Shown here piece by piece: positions 17,426-24,919 of a stretch of 32,000 nt of DNA. Position 1 is the stretch's first letter. Every line of letters begins with the position of its first letter. The DNA lies in NCBI RefSeq assembly GCF_000018785.1, contig NC_010163.1:870001-902000 (forward strand), given 5' to 3'. The translations under genes were made by a program, and so were the position numbers. Below the pieces are notes generated by a model. That model was given only the letters and a program-made list of their open reading frames with translations. It did no database searches and was not told the origin of the DNA. The stretch is from Acholeplasma laidlawii PG-8A (lineage in GTDB: Bacteria; Bacillota_I; Bacilli_A; Acholeplasmatales; Acholeplasmataceae).

Positions 17426-17907
17426 TATAGTCCTTCTTTTAATACAGTATCCAGTTCATTAAATGGTATAACATGCATATCCCAAATACGTTCATTAGGT
17501 TTAGTGAAACGTACATCACTTTCATCGTAATGATAAGTAAATGGTCCTTCATTAGGATATATGATTACAATTTTTCTGTTAGGCATTTTAGAAAAGATGG
17601 TTTGATCGGTATAAAATTTCTTTTGACCTATCTTCTTTTCCCAAATAGTTCTAGAGTTAAATTGAAATTTTGCATATTTTTGAACCTTTATCATTATAAC
17701 ACTATATGTTAGACCTTGATAGTCATAAGATAAGTATAAACCTTCTTCATGTAGTGTGCCATGTGTTTCTAATATCGATTTAATTTCTTGTATATTTAGT
17801 GATTGTTTTTCCAAGTATTTACTGACACCATAATAAGCACCATAAATTAATAATATAGCAGCAGCGCCAATAATTATGTATAAATACATATCTGTAATGT
17901 CTGTCAT
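17425..17907 (-). CDS. Hypothetical membrane-anchored protein
   Basis: 160-aa ORF with one N-terminal TM (MYLYIIIGAAAILLIYGAYYGV). It overlaps the ABC-F start by 1 nt and the NUDIX stop by 4 nt. No family was recognised. Confidence 0.55.
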   Translation of the reverse strand: MTDITDMYLYIIIGAAAILLIYGAYYGVSKYLEKQSLNIQEIKSILETHGTLHEEGLYLSYDYQGLTYSVIMIKVQKYAKFQFNSRTIWEKKIGQKKFYTDQTIFSKMPNRKIVIIYPNEGPFTYHYDESDVRFTKPNERIWDMHVIPFNELDTVLKEGL

Positions 17908-18386
17908 AAAGCTTTTACCTCCACACTTAAGAGTTCATTCCCCTTAAATTCACAGTGATAATGATATTTTTTCTTATCTTGAATAACATTCATGATAAAG
18001 TAGGGAATATTATATGATACACCTAAGTTTTCTTTATTAACAATCCAATCGATTTGTTTCCAAGCTAATATACCTTCTCTTGTTTCAATTGGTGTTATAT
18101 AATCAAAGTCTTCTGGTACTTCAGCAAAATAAAGATGAAGTCCTAAAGAGGGTGTATTAAACTCACCGTTCCAAGTTACGATACCTTTATCAAAAATGCT
18201 ATGTTTATCCACTTTTATATTGGTTTCTTCTAATATTTCTCGGTGTATACAATCTAGTGGTGATTCACCTTGATTTCTTTTACCACCCACACCATTCCAG
18301 ATACCAAACCATGGACTTTTATTTCTGTTGAGCATTAATATGGATTTTCCGCGCTTAATAAAGCATAAAGTGTATAAAAATTGCAT
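17904..18386 (-). CDS. NUDIX hydrolase (MutT-like)
   Basis: 160 aa. The Nudix box GGKRNQGESPLDCIHREILEETNI matches GX5EX7REUXEEXGU. An extended -10 TGTTATAAT and RBS AAAGGAA lie upstream. Confidence 0.88.
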   Translation of the reverse strand: MQFLYTLCFIKRGKSILMLNRNKSPWFGIWNGVGGKRNQGESPLDCIHREILEETNIKVDKHSIFDKGIVTWNGEFNTPSLGLHLYFAEVPEDFDYITPIETREGILAWKQIDWIVNKENLGVSYNIPYFIMNVIQDKKKYHYHCEFKGNELLSVEVKAL

Positions 18387-18431
18387 GTTTATTATTCCTT
18401 TTCATCATCTTAGTTATTATAACATGCATGA

Positions 18432-18517
18432 CAAAATAAAAATAGAGTTTCAAGTTTCCCAAATACTTTTAAATGCGCTAGTATTAAAAGTAGATAAGAA
18501 AATTAGAACTCTATTTT
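18432..18517 (-). terminator. Long nested hairpin plus T-tract, a probable terminator insulating the peptide transcript from the NUDIX operon
   Basis: An 11-bp outer inverted repeat AAAATAGAGTT (18439-18449) / AACTCTATTTT (18507-18517) encloses a 9-bp inner repeat TACTTTTAA (18464-18472) / TTAAAAGTA (18484-18492). On the minus strand it is followed by TATTTTG. Confidence 0.4.
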
Positions 18518-18677
18518 AAGAGTGATTTCTGTAGGGAGAGTACAGAATATCTTGTTTGTAATTTATGCTGGAGAATGCTAAATTACAAGAAGTAAAAAGA
18601 GGTTGTTTTAATAATTTTATTTTTTTCAATCAAAAAAGGATTTCAAAAATAAATTTAAACACGAATATGATGTATAA

Positions 18678-18851
18678 TTAAGGGTGCACGACTCCAGCAA
18701 TTGGAGCAAGATCAGTATTACCAAAATCTTCAAACCCTAGTTTTGAGCTTTGAGCTCTCTCAGGATGATCATTAACAACAGATGCAGACATATTTGAAAC
18801 AAATACTACTGCCACTAAGAATAAAACGATTACTAATAATAATTTTTTCAT
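18678..18851 (-). CDS. Small secreted propeptide, a candidate quorum-sensing pheromone precursor (not in the ORF track)
   Basis: Translated by hand: MKKLLLVIVLFLVAVVFVSNMSASVVNDHPERAQSSKLGFEDFGNTDLAPIAGVVHP (57 aa). It has a Sec-type signal peptide (MKK, hydrophobic core, MSA-S), no Cys, a hydrophilic middle and a hydrophobic C-terminus. RBS GAGGTGAT lies 5 nt upstream of the ATG. It is divergent from an Rgg/RNPP-type regulator. Confidence 0.7.
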   Translation of the reverse strand: MKKLLLVIVLFLVAVVFVSNMSASVVNDHPERAQSSKLGFEDFGNTDLAPIAGVVHP

Positions 18852-18871
18852 TTAAATCACCTCATGTCTAT

Positions 18872-18899
18872 ATTCTACTAAATAACCTTATATTGTGAC
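18872..18899 (-). promoter_or_regulatory. Candidate promoter of the propeptide gene
   Basis: On the minus strand: GTCACA (18899-18894), a 16-nt spacer, then TAGAAT (18877-18872). The -35 element directly abuts the 16-bp palindrome. Confidence 0.35.
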
Positions 18900-18915
18900 A
18901 CGACATATATGTCGT
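18900..18915. promoter_or_regulatory. Perfect 16-bp palindrome, a candidate operator for the adjacent regulator
   Basis: ACGACATATATGTCGT is its own reverse complement. It lies in the 85-nt divergent intergenic region, adjacent to the -35 of the peptide promoter and 22 nt upstream of the regulator's likely TTG start. Confidence 0.5.
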
Positions 18916-18936
18916 ATAGTGAAAGGAGTAAAAAAA

Positions 18937-19881
18937 TTGTTCAATCACTCAAAAGAATTAGCTCTTTTTCTCGAACAAATGCGTTTTTCCAGAGGCATTT
19001 CGCAAGAAGATTTTACGGATGGTATCATTTCAAATAGACAATATCAACGTTACATAAACGGAAGTTCAGCAATGCCCTATCATTTATTAGATGCTTTTGC
19101 TGAGCGATTAAATACCAAAAAAGAAATATTATTGTTGGAATTTGATAACTATGCAATTAAAGAGGCAGAAATAGTTCTAGATTTTTATAACGCAATCAAT
19201 AATAACGAATTAGATAAAGCTAAATTAATCGGAGAAAATATTAGTCCTAAGTTTATCTTAGATAATTATAATCTTAAATTATATGAACATGCTAAGTCAC
19301 TCATGAATTACATGGAAAATAAAATTACAAAATCAGATTATATAATATATAACAAGAATCTCATTGATTATCCAAAAATTTTATCTCACGCAGCAATGAC
19401 TATGATTGAAACTGTAATTTTATCCAGTTTATTGCCCTATACTGATGAAGAAGAACAAAACAAAATATTTCCAAAAATCCAGTCGTTTCTATCTAATCCT
19501 AATTTGATATGGACAGGAAGTCAAATATTAACTTTTAACATGATTATATATATGATTGCAAAGTACTCTGGTGTTAAGAAAGATTTTAAAAATGTCATAC
19601 ATTTTTGTAAGATGGGTATCGCTACGAATTTAAAGGCAAGATATTTTTTAAATCTTGATTACTACTATTACTTCTTGGCATTATCTTATTACAATCTAGG
19701 TAACCAAGAGTTATTCAATTTAAATTTATATAAGTGCTATACAACACTAGAAATGATGGACAACCCAACTAAAACGTCAAAAATACTTAATTTAGTAAGA
19801 AAAGATTTCAACATGGATTTAAATCAGTTTGCAATTGAATATCAACTTAAGAAGTATAAATCAAAAGGTTTGAACATTTAG
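18937..19881 (+). CDS. Rgg/RNPP-family transcriptional regulator (XRE-type HTH plus helical-repeat peptide-binding domain)
   Basis: The N-terminal HTH is FLEQMRFSRGISQEDFTDGIISNRQYQRYINGSSAMPYHLLDAFAERLN, matching the Rgg/MutR/PlcR style. The remaining ~250 aa are helical and TPR-like (LALSYYNLGNQELFNLNLYKCY). TTG 18937 is preferred as the start (AAAGGAG 8 nt upstream) over the track's GTG 18895. Confidence 0.8.
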   Translation: MFNHSKELALFLEQMRFSRGISQEDFTDGIISNRQYQRYINGSSAMPYHLLDAFAERLNTKKEILLLEFDNYAIKEAEIVLDFYNAINNNELDKAKLIGENISPKFILDNYNLKLYEHAKSLMNYMENKITKSDYIIYNKNLIDYPKILSHAAMTMIETVILSSLLPYTDEEEQNKIFPKIQSFLSNPNLIWTGSQILTFNMIIYMIAKYSGVKKDFKNVIHFCKMGIATNLKARYFLNLDYYYYFLALSYYNLGNQELFNLNLYKCYTTLEMMDNPTKTSKILNLVRKDFNMDLNQFAIEYQLKKYKSKGLNI

Positions 19882-20510
19882 TTCAAACCTTTATTTATTA
19901 ATTTCTCTATGAAATTTTTAAGTAATACAAGTAAAACTGTAAATAATACAATGACCGGTAGCATGATACCTAAACAGAATATTAGTACACTACCAAGTGA
20001 TTGATCACCATATGTTGGATTCATAAAATTGTATGGATACCAATTGGTCCATGGACCAACCGCTAAAATAATCCCAAAATATAATATTGGCAAGATAAGT
20101 GAGACCCATACATGGCGTAGTTTGATACATTCTTGAATAAGTAGGTAGTAAAATGCTGCAAATAGTACTGGGTTGATCGTATGAACCACATGGTTTTGGA
20201 ACGACATGCCTGGCTCTGCTAGCAGTGCATGATATATGATGCCTGTCATCAATATGGCTACCAAACCAATTACAGCTAAATATTTAAACCATTTTTCCTG
20301 ATGTATGTTTAGTAAATATAAACCAACTACAACAAATACTATCATATTGGAAATATTTGTAAACATTCTTAATCTTTCTAAAACCTCTAACATAGATTCA
20401 TTTAAAAAGAATAAATCTATCATTGCATACACATTGAAGATGAAAATAATACCTGCGATTGTCTTTGTTGTTTTTTTATTATCTCTGATGGATTGGATCC
20501 AATTACTCAT
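19878..20510 (-). CDS. Hypothetical integral membrane protein (about 6 TM)
   Basis: 210-aa ORF, hydrophobic throughout. RBS AAAGGAGA lies 9 nt upstream of the ATG, with a TATAAT-like -10 further upstream. It is convergent with the regulator and overlaps its stop by 4 nt. No family was recognised. Confidence 0.6.
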   Translation of the reverse strand: MSNWIQSIRDNKKTTKTIAGIIFIFNVYAMIDLFFLNESMLEVLERLRMFTNISNMIVFVVVGLYLLNIHQEKWFKYLAVIGLVAILMTGIIYHALLAEPGMSFQNHVVHTINPVLFAAFYYLLIQECIKLRHVWVSLILPILYFGIILAVGPWTNWYPYNFMNPTYGDQSLGSVLIFCLGIMLPVIVLFTVLLVLLKNFIEKLINKGLN

Positions 20511-20555
20511 ATATGTTATTCTCCTTTATGAAGAATATTATACTAGTTTCATCGA

Positions 20556-22099
20556 TTATTTCAATCTAATTGACTTTCTTCTTTTAATAATGAGTATGGA
20601 TGAACCAACAATTAATACTATCAACGTTAGTGTTACACGGATTATAATCCATATATTATGTATATTGGTAGAGTTTATATCTGTTTGAATTGGTATGGTT
20701 TCATTGACTCTAACTTGTGTTTGAATTTGAATCCATTCAGTTCCAGTATTAGCACTTAATGTAACAACATATACACCTGGTTTAGTCTCATTCCCCTCAT
20801 AATCATTTTGAGTGATTTCAATTTCTGTGTAATTAATCGTTAATAGATTCTTGATTAATCCAAGTAATTCATTTGCGTCATGTATATTGCTTGCATCTAA
20901 GTTAATTGCAGGTATTTTAATAAAAAATACTGGTGGGGTATTGTCTAATACCTCAATAAATACTTCTTTAGTTGCTTCATTACCAAATTGATCTTTTGCT
21001 CCTATAATTACTGTAAACTGTCCAGTTTCATGTTTTTTAAAATCACTTGATTTGATATATACTTCAATGAAATCCTTATCTATTTCATCAATTGCTGACA
21101 TACTTTCTAGAATCATTTCTAAATCAAATTGATCTTCAATATCAATGATATATGTACTTCACCAGTAATAATAGGTGCAACATCATCAATTACATAAATA
21201 TGTTGTCTAACAGTGACAGCATTACCATTGTAATCATCCACCATGATATCAACATAGTATTGTCCAACAATATGTTCATTACCTGTATAATTTTCATCAT
21301 CAATTGATATTTCTAAGTTCTCTGTATAGTTATCTGTTGCCTCTACGATGTCAATAAGAGTTCCTACATCAATTTTGCCGGCATAACTAATCCTAATATC
21401 TTCTAAAGGTTGGACAACAGGTGGTTTTGTGTCTTGGACCCACACATTGTAAGTATATGTTGTTTTATTATTAGATAGATCTGTTGCTTCTATTGTCACT
21501 TTATACAGACCTGGTTTATGTTTATTCGGGGTGTAATTATCATTTATTATAACGATACTATCCGTAATGTTTCCATTTTGATTGTCCCATGCTCCAAACA
21601 ACTCATTTAATTCTAGAATATCTAGTGGATACTCTACATCAACTTTTAATGTGATAGTAGACTGAACTCTAGAGAATTCTCTTCCTTTTACAAAGTACAT
21701 ATGAAAATTACCTAAATCTTCTAGTAATGTCGTATCCTCTTGACTAGACAATTTTAAGATGCCATCTTTATTATAATGAGTGCTATCTAATAAAATTGAT
21801 GTTCTTCCAACATAACTGTATATGATATTACCCGTATCTGCATCAGATACTACAAATGTTTCATATAGTGAATCTATTTTATATATATTTGGACCCATAC
21901 GACTCATCACATCATCATTAAATAAAATGTCATCAAATGCTGCTATATAGACACGGTCATGCGTCTCTATAAGTTCCATTTCATCCAGACCTTCTAGCGG
22001 TTTTAAACTCACTGGAAGTGCATGTACATTCGGTATCAGTGATACCGTCAAACAAAGTATACTTATCCATATAACTATCATTAAAAGCTTTTGTTTCAT
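20556..22099 (-). pseudogene. Surface protein with repeated Ig-like (DUF5011/HYR-type) modules, split by a 1-nt frameshift into ORFs 21119-22099 and 20556-21116
   Basis: The upstream ORF has a signal peptide (MKQKLLMIVIWISILCLTVSLIPNVHA) and repeat endings ...NVWVQDTKPPVV and ...IYVIDDVAPIITG. The downstream frame is open back to 21158 and reads STYIIDIEDQFDLEMILESMSAIDEID..., which continues the repeat pattern exactly. The downstream ORF ends in a TM anchor plus KRRKSIRLK. Confidence 0.7.
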
Positions 22100-22170
22100 A
22101 TTAAAATCTCCTTTTATTTACTTTCTACCTTATAGTAGAGACAAAATATAAAAATGACTTTTATTTTTGT

Positions 22171-22199
22171 TTGACAAATAAGTAAACTTGATATACAAT
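22171..22199 (+). promoter_or_regulatory. Promoter of tRNA-Lys
   Basis: TTGACA (22171-22176), a 17-nt spacer, then TACAAT (22194-22199). It lies 20 nt upstream of the tRNA 5' end. Confidence 0.7.
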
Positions 22200-22219
22200 G
22201 ATAATGCTTTATAAAAAAT

Positions 22220-22295
22220 GCATCCATAGCTCAGTTGGTAGAGCAACAGACTCTTAATCTGTGGGTCCACGGTTCGAGCCCGTGTGGGTGTACCA
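22220..22295 (+). tRNA. tRNA-Lys (anticodon CUU), CCA encoded
   Basis: Cloverleaf folded by hand. The acceptor is GCATCCA/TGGGTGT (with G-U pairs). The D-arm is AGCTCAGTTGGTAGAGC. The anticodon stem is ACAGA/TCTGT with loop CT-CTT-AA. The T-arm is CACGG-TTCGAGC-CCGTG, followed by discriminator A and CCA. Confidence 0.93.
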
Positions 22296-22307
22296 TTTAT
22301 ATATGAA

Positions 22308-22346
22308 AAGGCCATTTGATGAACATATCAAATGGCCTTATTTTTT
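22308..22346. terminator. Bidirectional intrinsic terminator (tRNA-Lys / S51 peptidase)
   Basis: 13-bp stem AAGGCCATTTGAT / ATCAAATGGCCTT with a 6-nt loop. It is followed by ATTTTTT on the plus strand and by TTTTCAT on the minus strand. Confidence 0.85.
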
Positions 22347-22364
22347 CGTTATTAAAATCAATAA

Positions 22365-23045
22365 TTATTTTACTCTCTTACCTTTTTCATAGTATTTAGA
22401 CGCCATATAACTATAGATTATTTTCCCATCTTCTATAATCATATATCCAGGTTCATAAATCACATAGATTGGTCTTTCATGATAGTGACTTGTACGTCTT
22501 AAACTCTTCTTTTGTTGTTTACGGCGGTTATAATGCACCTCAACACCAAAATCCTCTAATAAGCCAATACCATCACTTAATTGATATTTTTTATAGTCTC
22601 TATCTTTTGAAATATGGAACCAGTTAAATTGAACCATGGTCCCTGCAGATGGTCCCATGACTACTTTATTAGAGTTTTTAATGGTATCTAATAAGTTATA
22701 TTCTACGAGACGATTATAGAATTTTTCTGGTGCACCACCTGGTAAAAAGATGATATCTGCATCACTGACTTTTTTTATGGCGCTATCCGCTGTATCCTTT
22801 TTATAAATCACCCAACTCACATTATCCGGATCGATACCATAACTTAAAAACGGTTCTAAAATATGCAGATACCAAATACCTAGAGGTTGTTCATAACCTT
22901 TGTGATATTGATCTATCATATCATCAGACTCAAATTGTGAGAATGCTATTACGCATATCTTACTATCTTTATGAATGTATTTTTCTAAATGTTTTTTGAC
23001 ATATGGTTTGTCATAGATTGTTCTTGAACTTAATATATTTATCAT
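22365..23045 (-). CDS. Peptidase E-like S51 family / class I glutamine-amidotransferase-like protein
   Basis: 226 aa. It has IIFLPGGAPEKF and the nucleophile elbow VVMGPSAGTMV, typical of S51 dipeptidase E-like proteins. Confidence 0.7.
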   Translation of the reverse strand: MINILSSRTIYDKPYVKKHLEKYIHKDSKICVIAFSQFESDDMIDQYHKGYEQPLGIWYLHILEPFLSYGIDPDNVSWVIYKKDTADSAIKKVSDADIIFLPGGAPEKFYNRLVEYNLLDTIKNSNKVVMGPSAGTMVQFNWFHISKDRDYKKYQLSDGIGLLEDFGVEVHYNRRKQQKKSLRRTSHYHERPIYVIYEPGYMIIEDGKIIYSYMASKYYEKGKRVK

Positions 23046-23106
23046 GACCCTATTATACCTTATTTTTACATGATTTTAAAGTCTATTAGAGGTGCAATTA
23101 AAGGTT

Positions 23107-23136
23107 AAAAAAAAACACCTTCTAAAAAGGTGTTTT
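23107..23136 (-). terminator. Intrinsic terminator overlapping the last codons of the 118-aa gene
   Basis: On the minus strand: AAAACACCT, loop TTTTAGA, AGGTGTTTT, then TTTTT. The TAG stop (23124-23122) sits in the loop. Confidence 0.75.
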
Positions 23137-23478
23137 ACAGCATGCGCCAAGTGTTTGATCTTTCTTAACTTTTTCAATTAAATGTAAAATGACATCTTCA
23201 TCTAACATCACATGAACAAGCGCGTTCGTAATACCTTCACTTAAGAAGGATTCAAGTTCAGCTAAAGTTCTTAACTGTTTTTCAGTTTGGGTTTGAAGTC
23301 TGTTATCAAGTAGTTGATCTTCATGATCCATAACAAGCGCCAACATGTATTCTTTATACGCTTTAATATGATCGCATAACTCATCCACACTAAGTTTTTT
23401 TAGAGCATCTACAGTTGGTTTTTTCTTCTTGTAATATTCAGTTTCAACAAATGTCTTATAACTTTTTTCTTCTGTCAC
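23122..23478 (-). CDS. Hypothetical helical protein, 118 aa, with a C-terminal CC motif
   Basis: GTG start with GAGGT 7 nt upstream and an extended -10 TGCTACAAT. The protein is charged and helical and ends ...QTLGACCKTPF. No family was recognised. Confidence 0.55.
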   Translation of the reverse strand: MTEEKSYKTFVETEYYKKKKPTVDALKKLSVDELCDHIKAYKEYMLALVMDHEDQLLDNRLQTQTEKQLRTLAELESFLSEGITNALVHVMLDEDVILHLIEKVKKDQTLGACCKTPF

Positions 23479-23583
23479 TTTTATAACCTCTAATTGATAT
23501 GAAGTATTGTAGCATTAAACAAAATAAATGTCATGGAAAGTGGATTATAACTTATGAATTGTGTGAATTTCCGTGACATTAAG

Positions 23584-23610
23584 AAAAAACACTTACCATG
23601 GTAAGTGTTT
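23584..23610 (-). terminator. Intrinsic terminator ending the 29805-23629 operon
   Basis: 11-bp stem AAACACTTACC / GGTAAGTGTTT, part of the 20-bp palindrome ACACTTACCATGGTAAGTGT. A T-run follows on the minus strand. Confidence 0.8.
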
Positions 23611-23628
23611 ATAACTATTATTTTATGA

Positions 23629-23829
23629 TTAAGGTTGTTGTGTCACAATTGGTTGTAGTGTTTCATTTTCTATGGATTCAGGATAAGGATAAGCTTCTTC
23701 ACGTAAGCGTTTGAACATGACATAAATTAAACCTCTAGTCAAATCAAGTCTTGTTACGATACCCAAATCTCTTTCACCCTCAACACGAATTTTTTCACCG
23801 ATTAAATACGTTTCATTGCTCCATGCCAT
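23629..23829 (-). CDS. Hypothetical small protein, 66 aa
   Basis: RBS AGGAGA lies 8 nt upstream of the ATG. It is the last gene before the operon terminator. The translation is MAWSNETYLIGEKIRVEGERDLGIVTRLDLTRGLIYVMFKRLREEAYPYPE..., which looks beta-rich. No family was recognised. Confidence 0.55.
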   Translation of the reverse strand: MAWSNETYLIGEKIRVEGERDLGIVTRLDLTRGLIYVMFKRLREEAYPYPESIENETLQPIVTQQP

Positions 23830-23875
23830 ATGTCATTTCTCCTAACATTTAAACTACTATTTATTATACCATATT

Positions 23876-24919
23876 TCAAGCTAAAATATCTTTAATTATT
23901 TTTCCAATTACGAAACTATGGTTTCTATCCTTTATTCTTTGGAACCATAATAGTAATTGTTTTAAACTCGGATCTTGAATTAATTTAATTAATTGATCTA
24001 AATCTTGCATAAATAAAGGGTGATCCATATCATTTAAATTATTAATTAAACGTTTAGCTTGTTTACTTGTTTTAATTGTTTTATATAGTTTTTCTATTAA
24101 TGGGGGCATTGTTAAAACAGGTATACGAATCTTTTTACTATTGATATCCAAATTCATTTTATAAATCGCTAATATTTGCTGTTTGGCAGCATAATCAATG
24201 ATTTCCTGATACTTATCATCCTTCCAGATAAAAATCTCTTTAAGGAGTTTTAATCGATATAAAAAGCGGTGGTTCGAACCCTTAGATAAGTTGTTTTCAC
24301 GTAAGAATTTCCCCTCTATTAATTCTAAATCCTGTAGATTATAAACACCATTGAGTGATTGCTCAAATAAGGATACTAAAAGTCCAGTGGTTTCAGTCTT
24401 ATGTGGTGTATTTTGAAGATATCTTTCTAAGTCTATTAATACATTGTTTTTTTCTAGTTCGTAAGCATTCAAAACACTATCAAATGATACTGTTTGAATG
24501 CTTCGATTGATTTTCTTATCTGTAATAATATAGGTTATATAAGAAAGTTTATCTTTTGTAATTTCATCTTCAATAATGACAGAAAATCCAAATGAACCAT
24601 CTTCATAGTTTCTATTTGTTGGATGTCCTACAATATCATTACGTAAATATTTTAAATGTCTTAAGTTTCTATTTTGGTTGATGTTAACGTGGTATTTATA
24701 TTTCGTTGCTGTAAAAGAGAGTTGATATAACGCATCAATGGCTACAAATAAGCCTTGAAGTAACCCAAAAACGTCAAGTAAAATATCTGCTTTACTGGAT
24801 GCATCTCTAACTTTAAAATCTTCTATCATAAGATCCACATACTTTAATGCGGCTACACTACTTTCAGCTCTAATTTTTGCATCAAACGCTAAGTTTTCAA
24901 TTGCTTTTTCAATTCTCAT
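23876..24919 (-). CDS. Hypothetical 347-aa helical protein with an RNxxxxH (HEPN-like) motif
   Basis: It overlaps the 3' end of the 1006-aa gene by 11 nt. After roughly three predicted helices comes LKYLRNDIVGHPTNR (R93...H99, nt 24643-24623). This fits the HEPN Rx4-6H motif with Asn after the Arg. The rest is helical and was not recognised. Confidence 0.6.
   Translation of the reverse strand: MRIEKAIENLAFDAKIRAESSVAALKYVDLMIEDFKVRDASSKADILLDVFGLLQGLFVAIDALYQLSFTATKYKYHVNINQNRNLRHLKYLRNDIVGHPTNRNYEDGSFGFSVIIEDEITKDKLSYITYIITDKKINRSIQTVSFDSVLNAYELEKNNVLIDLERYLQNTPHKTETTGLLVSLFEQSLNGVYNLQDLELIEGKFLRENNLSKGSNHRFLYRLKLLKEIFIWKDDKYQEIIDYAAKQQILAIYKMNLDINSKKIRIPVLTMPPLIEKLYKTIKTSKQAKRLINNLNDMDHPLFMQDLDQLIKLIQDPSLKQLLLWFQRIKDRNHSFVIGKIIKDILA

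Noticed and set aside
18565-18681. 38-aa plus-strand ORF (MLENAKLQEVKRGCFNNFIFFNQKRISKINLNTNMMYN) as an alternative SHP-like pheromone
   Set aside because: It has no SD upstream and no signal or hydrophobic export segment. It overlaps the inverted repeats and the convergent propeptide stop. The 57-aa minus-strand ORF is a much better candidate.
20305-20688. 127-aa plus-strand ORF spanning the membrane-protein start and the surface-protein 3' end
   Set aside because: It is antisense to two supported genes and to the intergenic promoter and SD between them. No SD is present. The hydrophobic translation is an artefact of reading a TM-rich gene in reverse.
21159-21161. TGA read as Trp (genetic code 4) as the explanation for the split surface-protein gene
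   Set aside because: Reading through this TGA in the downstream frame gives nonsense (…YYW*…) and soon meets another TGA. Elsewhere TGA appears to function as a stop, and housekeeping proteins are full length in the track under the standard code. A 1-nt frameshift fits the repeat pattern instead.
18387-22295. Genomic island integrated at tRNA-Lys
   Set aside because: The block looks accessory: a QS cassette, an unknown membrane protein and a decayed adhesin. However, I saw no integrase, recombinase or IS element, and no obvious direct repeat of the tRNA 3' end. It also lies upstream of the tRNA rather than at its 3' end. The evidence is insufficient to call it a mobile element.
22130-22315. 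61-aa minus-strand ORF
   Set aside because: It lies exactly antisense to tRNA-Lys, its promoter and its terminator. It is a shadow ORF.
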